From Bacillota bacterium (lineage in GTDB: Bacteria > Vulcanimicrobiota > SpSt-956 > JAKJGF01), in the NCBI GenBank assembly GCA_022704525.1, contig JAKJGF010000033.1, positions 1 through 30,842 on the forward strand: a stretch of 30,842 bases of DNA, written 5' to 3'. The number at the start of each line of letters is the position of its first letter. Within the stretch, counting starts at the first letter, position 1. The notes below the pieces were generated by a model that had not been told where the DNA came from, did no database searches, and worked only from the letters and a program-made list of their open reading frames with translations. The position numbers and the translations under genes were made by a program. Below are positions 24,569 to 30,842 of the stretch, piece after piece.

Positions 24569-25021
24569 TTACTCCTGCAATGCTTCCAGAGCATCCAGTT
24601 TTTTGTGTATTTTTGCAACAAAGACCTTTTTCTGATTTTCATCAAGGACATTATAGAGATCTTTTAATAAATCGACAGTTTCTTTTCCATTCTGAGCTGC
24701 TATATCAATTTTGCCTTTTATTTTATCGGCCATCATATTTACGTCAGGATTTTCTTTTTCCATTTCAGCTTTCATTTCATCTTTGAAGGCTTCTCTGTCT
24801 TTCTTTGTAGTCTCCATTTTTGATGTTATTTTACCTTTTACCTCATTGAACTTTACCAGTTGTTCTTTGGATAAATTCATTTCCTTGGCAAATTTATCCA
24901 ATCTGCTCTCTATTGCCTCTTTACGAAACCTCTGACGCAGTTCAGAATCACCCTTACACCCCGGTAGAAATAGGCCCACTCCTAAGACCAGTAACATTGC
25001 TACAATTAATCTTTTTACCAT
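24569..25021 (-). CDS. Lipoprotein, Spy/CpxP-like periplasmic helical protein (LTxxQ-type motifs)
   Basis: Signal peptide with lipobox LFLPGC; AAGGAGG RBS 8 nt upstream. It is Lys/Glu-rich and helical, with NLSKEQLVKF and VLDENQKKVF motifs resembling the LTXXQ family. Confidence 0.5.
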   Translation of the reverse strand: MVKRLIVAMLLVLGVGLFLPGCKGDSELRQRFRKEAIESRLDKFAKEMNLSKEQLVKFNEVKGKITSKMETTKKDREAFKDEMKAEMEKENPDVNMMADKIKGKIDIAAQNGKETVDLLKDLYNVLDENQKKVFVAKIHKKLDALEALQE

Positions 25022-25124
25022 TTGAAATTCCTCCTTGTTATTTTATTTTATTTTTTACCCTGTAAGTATAATAAAATAAAATTGTTAAGGAAGTTTTTTG
25101 AAATTGTAAAAAAGTGTAAAGAAG

Positions 25125-25235
25125 GTGAGACGTGCGACGTGAGACGATAGATACATTTACTTTTCTTTTCACTTTTCATTTCTGCTCACTGCTCACTGCT
25201 CACTGCTCACTGCTCACTTCTTTTCACTTTTTACT
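25125..25235. repeat. Opposed heptamer arms: GTGAGAC-GTGCGAC-GTGAGAC, 14-nt spacer, (TTTCACT-like)x3 (TGCTCAC)x5 (TTTCACT-like)x2
   Basis: Left arm about 25125-25146. Right arm about 25161-25235 with five perfect TGCTCAC units at 25183-25217. The TAG stop of the 25234..26127 gene abuts the right arm. Confidence 0.7.
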
Positions 25236-26127
25236 ACTTAGTCCAGTAATTGTTCGGATTGTTAGGATAAACCGGCGTTGGCGTTACTATATCTGTATAT
25301 AGTATCTGCTGAGTAACACTTTCTATACCCTTATCTAAAACTATACCGGCATTCTCACCATTTTTGAGTAATATTCTCTGTGAGTATGTAGTTGTATAAT
25401 TTTGAACAGTATAGTAATATTTCTTGTTAGTTACGTCATATAGCAAATCACCCTGAATTTTACGGTAAATTGTAGCTGTTATTGTATAATCACCCTTCTG
25501 AAGTCCCGTGAAGTTGAATGTACCATCCTGAGGAAGAGGGGTTGTCGCAACGGCCCTTTTTGTGGGGATACGGGCAGTATTTATATAGTCTTCAGTAAGT
25601 GTAATAGAACCCTCATCAAAAGGTTTGTAGATTGTAACTTTTCCGGAAATTGAACCTGAAGAAGAAGATGTGTCCTGAGCTACTGTACCGGTTACTGTAA
25701 CTCTGGGCTGATTGTTTTGAGTTGAAGTATTATATTTTATGCCCAGAAAATTCAGGGTATCAGTAACGTTCAGATAATAGATCTCCTGTCCTCTGGATCT
25801 GTCAGGCCCTGTGGCAAGAAGTGATAGAGGTGCATCCTGACCATTCAGGGTAAACTTTGAGGGAAGGTTCTGGAAATTTGCTGTAAGACCCAGCATATTT
25901 ACATAATCTGTTGCAGGAGCATACATATTATTATTCTGATATATAATTGCTTTTGGGAAGGTACTGTTATATATCACCAGAGGATGGGAAGAAGGGTCGA
26001 TAAAATATCCAGATAGCTTAATGAAATCAGATCTGGCTTCTATTAAAGGTGTAAAGATACATAGAAGAAGAATTAAAAAAAGGCTTGTAATAGAGATTTT
26101 TGAGGAATTATGGTGTTTTAATTTCAT
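25234..26127 (-). CDS. Secreted protein with carboxypeptidase-regulatory-like / transthyretin-fold beta-sandwich domain
   Basis: Preferred start ATG 26127 is preceded by GGGAG 8 nt upstream (the track GTG at 26136 lies inside the RBS). Signal peptide ...LFLILLLCIFTPLIEA. Thr/Ser/Asn-rich. GKVTIYKPFDEGSITL...DGTFNFTGLQKGDYTITA resembles CarbopepD_reg domains. Confidence 0.5.
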   Translation of the reverse strand: MKLKHHNSSKISITSLFLILLLCIFTPLIEARSDFIKLSGYFIDPSSHPLVIYNSTFPKAIIYQNNNMYAPATDYVNMLGLTANFQNLPSKFTLNGQDAPLSLLATGPDRSRGQEIYYLNVTDTLNFLGIKYNTSTQNNQPRVTVTGTVAQDTSSSSGSISGKVTIYKPFDEGSITLTEDYINTARIPTKRAVATTPLPQDGTFNFTGLQKGDYTITATIYRKIQGDLLYDVTNKKYYYTVQNYTTTYSQRILLKNGENAGIVLDKGIESVTQQILYTDIVTPTPVYPNNPNNYWTK

Positions 26128-26169
26128 TTTCTTCACTCCCTTTTTTGATATTATTATTTACAGATTTAT

Positions 26170-27501
26170 TTACGGCAATTTTAATGCCATAATTTTTTCA
26201 ATATCTTCTTTAAGACGTATAAAATCTTTTACTTCTTTTGAAGAAAAATAATTTTTTGTAACTTCTTCTATTAATTCTACGTGATGCCACAGATATTCAT
26301 GATATTTTGTATTCCCTGTAGAAGATGCTATTTCTTTTATTACTCTTAACATGGCGAGTGTTACAGCCATATCTGACTTTCCGTACTGTCTTATTTGTGT
26401 AAAGGCCAGCTCAAGGGCATCATGGAAATTTATTTTTCTCAAAGATACTATTACGTCACCGCTGAAAGGATCCTTTATTTCCCAGGGAGATATGTGTCTT
26501 TTAGCTAAAAGTATAAGTAATCTCCCAAGATGATCAATACATGTTGTTGCTGTGGTAGGATCATTTACTGCAGGTGATATGGCTTTAAGAGCAATATCTA
26601 CAATCTGTCTTATTCCAAACCCCACATCCTGCTGCATTGTTCTCACGGGACCTATGTCAAAGGCTTCCAGGCAGACCTGGCAGAATTTTTTATCTGTTTT
26701 TCCGGCAGGTGCTACAAAGACAATCGGATTGCCTGCTATGACAAATCCTCCTACAGGATATTTTACAAAGAGCTTTACAGCATATCTTTTTGCAAGTTTC
26801 CCCAGGCTTTTATCATCGATTAATTGGATATAACCCGTATATTTACTAAAGACAGGTTCACTTTCCGAAACAGGAATTAAATGTTCTGTATAGAACTTTA
26901 TTTGTTGAGTTGCTTTTTCAGGAAAAACATTTTTTATGACATGTTCAGTATCTCCGGCTATATGATTAACTATATGATTTAACTGTATAAAAAGTGATAT
27001 GTAATGGATGAAATATATAAGGCTTCCCAGACAGAAAAGAGCAAGGAGAATACCTATGGATATACTGGTGTCAGGAACAAATGGCGAAGGTTCTCCCCTT
27101 ATTGTCCTGAGTACCAGGAGACAGTAAATAAAGGTTCCTGTGAAGATACCCAGTATTATCTGGTTTACAGGATCTCTCATAAAGGAATTCAGTATACGGG
27201 GAGAAAACTGCATTGATGCCATGGTGAGAGCCATAATCATTATGGAATAGATAATGGTAGTTATTGTCATTATGGAACCTGCAATTGTTCCAATTACTAT
27301 CTGGGCAGAAGCAGTTTCCCCCTTAAAGGCCCATGGCATCCAGTTAGTAAGAGATAGATATAAATCTCCTCTCTCTTCCATATGGGTAAGTACTATGGCA
27401 AATATTGCGAGAGAAACAGCTATAATTGTCGGCCTGAACAGGAGACCTGTACGAAGATCATATATAATCTGTGTTGAGATAAACTTTAATCTTTGAAACA
27501 T
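26170..27501 (-). CDS. Polytopic membrane protein with cytoplasmic C-terminal domain (DUF2254-like)
   Basis: It has four or more N-terminal TM helices (for example TIIAVSLAIFAIVLTHM, IVIGTIAGSIMTITTIIYSIMIMALTMA, ILGIFTGTFIYCLLVL) followed by a ~250-aa soluble domain. Start ATG 27501 is more likely than the track's GTG 27516, which sits inside GAGGTG. Confidence 0.5.
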   Translation of the reverse strand: MFQRLKFISTQIIYDLRTGLLFRPTIIAVSLAIFAIVLTHMEERGDLYLSLTNWMPWAFKGETASAQIVIGTIAGSIMTITTIIYSIMIMALTMASMQFSPRILNSFMRDPVNQIILGIFTGTFIYCLLVLRTIRGEPSPFVPDTSISIGILLALFCLGSLIYFIHYISLFIQLNHIVNHIAGDTEHVIKNVFPEKATQQIKFYTEHLIPVSESEPVFSKYTGYIQLIDDKSLGKLAKRYAVKLFVKYPVGGFVIAGNPIVFVAPAGKTDKKFCQVCLEAFDIGPVRTMQQDVGFGIRQIVDIALKAISPAVNDPTTATTCIDHLGRLLILLAKRHISPWEIKDPFSGDVIVSLRKINFHDALELAFTQIRQYGKSDMAVTLAMLRVIKEIASSTGNTKYHEYLWHHVELIEEVTKNYFSSKEVKDFIRLKEDIEKIMALKLP

Positions 27502-27607
27502 TATAAAAATTATCACCTCAAAAAGTTAAATTGTCAAGAGGAGAATTTTCTTTGTACTGCTATTATCAAAGTATATAATTTTATATATTACAGGGAGATG
27601 AGCTGAA

Positions 27608-28279
27608 TTGAAAATAATCTTAATCGATGATGATGAAAAATTATTGAACCTTCTGGAAGAATATTTTAAAGAAAGAGATATGGAAGTTTATAAGGCTTTT
27701 TCAGGCGCTGAAGGTCTTAGTATCATAGAAAAAGAAGAGTTTGACCTTGCAATTCTGGATGTTATGATGCCGGGAATGGATGGCCTCGAGGTTTTAAGAA
27801 AGATAAATAATAATCATCCTTACCTTCCTGTAATAATGCTTACTGCAAGAGGTGATGAGGCAGATAGAATAGTCGGTCTTGAACTTGGAGCAGATGATTA
27901 TATAGTAAAACCTTTCAGTCCCAGAGAGTTACTTGCCAGGATAAAAGCTGTTACCAGAAGAAAAGAAAAGATGGCAGAAGAGTCTAAAGTTTCCACATCT
28001 GAGATAGAGCTTGATTTTAATAAAAGACAGGCTACTTTCAGAGGGAAACCCATAGAATTAACTACTGTAGAATTTGAGATATTATCTATTCTTGTTCAGA
28101 ATAAAGGTATGGTACTTTCAAGGGATCGTCTTATGGATATGGCCAGAGGGAAGGATTTTATGGCCTTTGATCGATCCATAGATGTTCACATAAGTCATCT
28201 CCGGCAGAAACTGGAAGAGGATCCGAAAAATCCTGAATTAATAAAAACCATATGGGGTGTGGGATATCTTTTTACATGA
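27608..28279 (+). CDS. OmpR/PhoB-family response regulator (REC + winged-helix DNA-binding)
   Basis: TTG start preceded by GGGAGA. Receiver-domain residues DD...D54 (ILDVMMPGMDG)...T...K, then a trans_reg_C domain (ELTTVEFEILSILVQNKGMVLSRDRL...IWGVGY). Confidence 0.9.
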   Translation: MKIILIDDDEKLLNLLEEYFKERDMEVYKAFSGAEGLSIIEKEEFDLAILDVMMPGMDGLEVLRKINNNHPYLPVIMLTARGDEADRIVGLELGADDYIVKPFSPRELLARIKAVTRRKEKMAEESKVSTSEIELDFNKRQATFRGKPIELTTVEFEILSILVQNKGMVLSRDRLMDMARGKDFMAFDRSIDVHISHLRQKLEEDPKNPELIKTIWGVGYLFT

Positions 28280-28287
28280 GGAGCTTT

Positions 28288-29631
28288 ATGAAAATATCCA
28301 GACTCTACCTTAAAATATATTTTTATTTTCTGGCTATTCTGTTTCTGGTATGTTTTATTATAATTCCTCTTATATTCTTTTTATCAGTGGATAAACCATA
28401 TAAAAATCTCTTGCAGAAACGTATGGGTCTTTTTGTTTCTTTAATGAAAACTTCCTTATTTAAAGAGGATTTACCTTCAGCTATTAATGATATAGCCAGG
28501 CAGGCAGGTGCAGATGTGGCAGTTTACGGAGAAGGAGGAGAAGTTATTCTCACATCAGGAAAACATATAGAACCTCTACAATCTGACCTTATGGGAAAAG
28601 TAAAAAATACAGGTTTTTATAGTGATATAACTAAAAAGAGGTTGTTTTTTTTAACTACTGTTGATAAACCACCCTATGCTTATATGTCTGTTTCTGCTGA
28701 AGCTGTGGATGTAAGGGAGAGAAGAAGTAAATTTTTTTTCTGGCTTCTGGTTTTATGTGTTATAGTTTCTGTTCTTGTTTATCCTCTTTCTATGACTATA
28801 ACAAAACCTCTTGAGAAAATAACAAAAAAAGCTATGCAATTTTCTAGAGGAGATTTTACTGTCTTTGAAAAAAAGGAAGGAAAAAGAAAAAGCAGTGATG
28901 AGATTTCCAGATTGGATGAAGCTTTTACTCATATGTCAGGGGAACTTTTAAGGATGATAGAAGCAAAAAAAGAATTACTTTCTGATATATCTCATGAAAT
29001 GGGTTCCCCCTTAAGTAGAATGAAAGTTTCCATAGAACTTATAGAAGATAAGGTAAAGGAAAGTAAAATTCCGTCGTCAGAAGTAATTTTAGCTCTTTCC
29101 AGTGATATTGATGATATGGCAAAACTTGTAAAAGAATTGCTGGATTTTTCAAAGATGGACCTTAAAGGTTATACTCTGGATATAAAACAGTGTAATCTGG
29201 AGGAACTTGTAAAGTTATGTGTGAAAAGTTTTGAGCCTTTAACCGGTAGAAATAATATATCTATAGAAATTAAAAAAGAAGGAGATTTGCAGAATGTATC
29301 TATAGACGAAGAAAAAATTGCCAGAGTTTTGCAAAATCTTCTATCAAATGCCATTAAATATTCACCTCAAAATGGAGTGATTGAAGTTTTGCTGAAAGGA
29401 GAAAAGGAACATTTTTTTGTTTCGGTAAAGGATGATGGACCCGGTATAGGGAAAGAAAATGGAGAAAAAATATTTTTTGTTTTTTTCAGGGAAGACCCTT
29501 CCAGAACCAGGGGTACAGGAGGAGCAGGTCTGGGGCTTGCTATGGCAAGAAAAATAATAGAGCTTCATGGTGGGAGAATATGGGTGGAAAATCCCGGAGA
29601 GAAGGGTGCAATTATAACTTTTAAAATATGA
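28288..29631 (+). CDS. Sensor histidine kinase (2 TM + HAMP-like + HisKA + HATPase_c), cognate of the upstream regulator
   Basis: H-box LLSDISHEMGSPLS; N/G boxes ...NAIKYSP...DDGPGI...GGAGLGLAMARKIIELHGGRIWVEN. Preferred start ATG 28288 lies 5 nt after GAGGAG; the track start 28252 overlaps the regulator's 3' end. Confidence 0.85.
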   Translation: MKISRLYLKIYFYFLAILFLVCFIIIPLIFFLSVDKPYKNLLQKRMGLFVSLMKTSLFKEDLPSAINDIARQAGADVAVYGEGGEVILTSGKHIEPLQSDLMGKVKNTGFYSDITKKRLFFLTTVDKPPYAYMSVSAEAVDVRERRSKFFFWLLVLCVIVSVLVYPLSMTITKPLEKITKKAMQFSRGDFTVFEKKEGKRKSSDEISRLDEAFTHMSGELLRMIEAKKELLSDISHEMGSPLSRMKVSIELIEDKVKESKIPSSEVILALSSDIDDMAKLVKELLDFSKMDLKGYTLDIKQCNLEELVKLCVKSFEPLTGRNNISIEIKKEGDLQNVSIDEEKIARVLQNLLSNAIKYSPQNGVIEVLLKGEKEHFFVSVKDDGPGIGKENGEKIFFVFFREDPSRTRGTGGAGLGLAMARKIIELHGGRIWVENPGEKGAIITFKI

Positions 29632-29830
29632 AAAGGATTTTCTTATTTGTCTTAGAATAAGTGCATAATTTAAATGCCTGAGAATTTTTATTATTGTTAA
29701 ATTATTAATTTCTGTAAAAATAAACCTGTTTAAAGCAACCAGCTTAAGGAAAAAAGCTGAAAGCTGAAAGCTAATAATAATTTAAATTCTAATAGGTTAA
29801 GAAAATATATAATAATATCAGGAGGTACTT

Positions 29831-30235
29831 ATGACAAAAAAAGTAGAATCAGATCAAAAGAAGCTTATTCTTGTAATAGATGATGATGAAAATGTTAACA
29901 GAATCTTAAAAACTGCTCTGGAAGGTGAAGGCTATGATGTTATGTGTGCTCTGGGAGTAGATGAAGCTATAGCTTATATAGAAGTCAGACGTCCTGACCT
30001 GATTATTTGCGATATAATGATGCCAGAAAAAGACGGCCATGATTTTCTTAAGGAATTAAGAGGGAGACCTGCTTTTTCTGATATAAAGGTTATCATGCTT
30101 ACGGCTCTCAGTGACTTTGAAAATATAAGAAAAACTGTTTCAGCCGGTGTTTTCGATTATCTCACAAAACCTATAGAATCTTCCAAATTATTTGGTGTTA
30201 TAAGAAATGCTTTTAATGAATTTTATGAATGGTAA
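29831..30235 (+). CDS. Stand-alone CheY-like receiver-domain response regulator
   Basis: AGGAGG RBS. LVIDDDENVNRILKTALEGEGYDV ... DLIICDIMMPEKDGHDFLKEL ... IMLTA ... K; 134 aa with no output domain. Confidence 0.85.
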   Translation: MTKKVESDQKKLILVIDDDENVNRILKTALEGEGYDVMCALGVDEAIAYIEVRRPDLIICDIMMPEKDGHDFLKELRGRPAFSDIKVIMLTALSDFENIRKTVSAGVFDYLTKPIESSKLFGVIRNAFNEFYEW

Positions 30236-30236
30236 A

Positions 30237-30266
30237 AATCAGAGGCGACTTATGTCGCCTCTGATT
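30237..30266. terminator. Bidirectional intrinsic terminator between convergent genes
   Basis: 13-bp stem AATCAGAGGCGAC / GTCGCCTCTGATT with loop TTAT. On the minus strand it is followed by TTTTACC (a good U-run); on the plus strand by AAGTTAAT (weaker). Confidence 0.65.
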
Positions 30267-30282
30267 AAGTTAATAAAAGATT

Positions 30283-30842
30283 TTAATTTTCACCCAATTT
30301 CCCGGACATATAAGACTGTACCTGAGCAAGTATAGTAGCCCTCCAGTAATATCCAAGGGCTGTAATCTGTTCCTCTGCCTGACCCTGTCTTAACATACGG
30401 GCATTTTCATAATAGAAGATTGGAAGTGCTGATTCTTCTTCTCCATTTAGATTAATCATTTCTACTGCTCTCCTGTCAGCAAAATCCAGCATATCAGCAA
30501 GAGCTCTTTCATTTTTTATCCCTACAACCGTTGTAAAGCTATCATCCAGTTCAGCATCAAGAGAGTAATATTTGGCTATTAACTGGGCTGAAAGGGTATA
30601 ACTCGATGTTGATTCTCCTATAACCATGGGAGCTAATTCCTCTTTATCTGCAAATTCTTCTTTCACTACCTCGACTCCTGCAGAGCTTGCAATAGCTAAC
30701 ATATATCTACTATCAATCTGCATAAAAATCTGTTTCATTATATTTGGATGTTGTCTGTAAGCTTCAGCATATTCATCTATAATATTACTTTCAAAGTAGA
30801 CCATATTAGCTTTGGATGCTCCTGAAAGGACATCTCCTAACT
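30283..30842 (-). CDS. Hypothetical protein, 5' end beyond window edge
   Basis: The frame stays open upstream of the track's ATG (30804) through the window end (...LGDVLSGASKANMVYFESNIID...). I recognise no family. Confidence 0.45.
   Translation of the reverse strand, partial: LGDVLSGASKANMVYFESNIIDEYAEAYRQHPNIMKQIFMQIDSRYMLAIASSAGVEVVKEEFADKEELAPMVIGESTSSYTLSAQLIAKYYSLDAELDDSFTTVVGIKNERALADMLDFADRRAVEMINLNGEEESALPIFYYENARMLRQGQAEEQITALGYYWRATILAQVQSYMSGKLGEN

Noticed and set aside
24562-27496. ORFs 24562..24786, 24711..24935, 26021..26251, 26351..26533, 26552..26833, 27004..27216 and 27254..27496
   Set aside because: They are antisense within the lipoprotein, the secreted beta-sandwich protein and the membrane-protein genes.
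29169-29568. Minus-strand ORFs inside the histidine-kinase gene
   Set aside because: They are antisense, and the HK domains are intact on the plus strand.
1-30842. Alternative genetic code (TGA as a sense codon, code 4 or 25) to explain the in-frame TGA at 13982
   Set aside because: TGA is the terminal codon of many well-delimited conserved genes here (S9 peptidase, ltaE, lepA, MVP, TGc protein, the OmpR-type regulator and the sensor kinase), each with the expected C-terminus.

Overview
This is an AT-rich bacterial chromosomal segment read with the standard bacterial code; TGA, TAA and TAG all serve as stop codons. It carries about 26 protein-coding genes on both strands and no recognisable rRNA, tRNA or CRISPR array. 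The ordinary content is a 5'-truncated S9 peptidase, threonine aldolase (ltaE), the conserved lepA-hemW pair, an OmpR-type two-component system and a stand-alone CheY-like regulator.

The unusual content is:
- a full-length homolog of the eukaryotic major vault protein (MVP);
- a 1238-aa internally repeated protein ending in a calpain/papain-like cysteine-protease domain;
- a protein built from four ~81-aa tandem repeats;
- a Tae4-like peptidoglycan-amidase gene flanked by an S51-peptidase-like gene and a B12-binding radical SAM gene interrupted by a single in-frame TGA;
- a SAM hydroxide adenosyltransferase (DUF62) homolog that carries a signal peptide;
- a MazEF-type toxin-antitoxin pair;
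- a Uma2-endonuclease gene remnant.

The dominant non-coding signal is a family of heptanucleotide tandem arrays (GTGAGAC / GTGAGNN, and the complement CTTCACG / NNCTCAC on the opposite arm). They sit at gene 3' ends, usually as opposed arms forming long imperfect palindromes, and the flanking gene's stop codon is often inside the first repeat unit.

Hand-read coordinates for non-ORF elements may be off by 1-2 nt. One protein-level comparison (human MVP) is made from memory, not from a database search.
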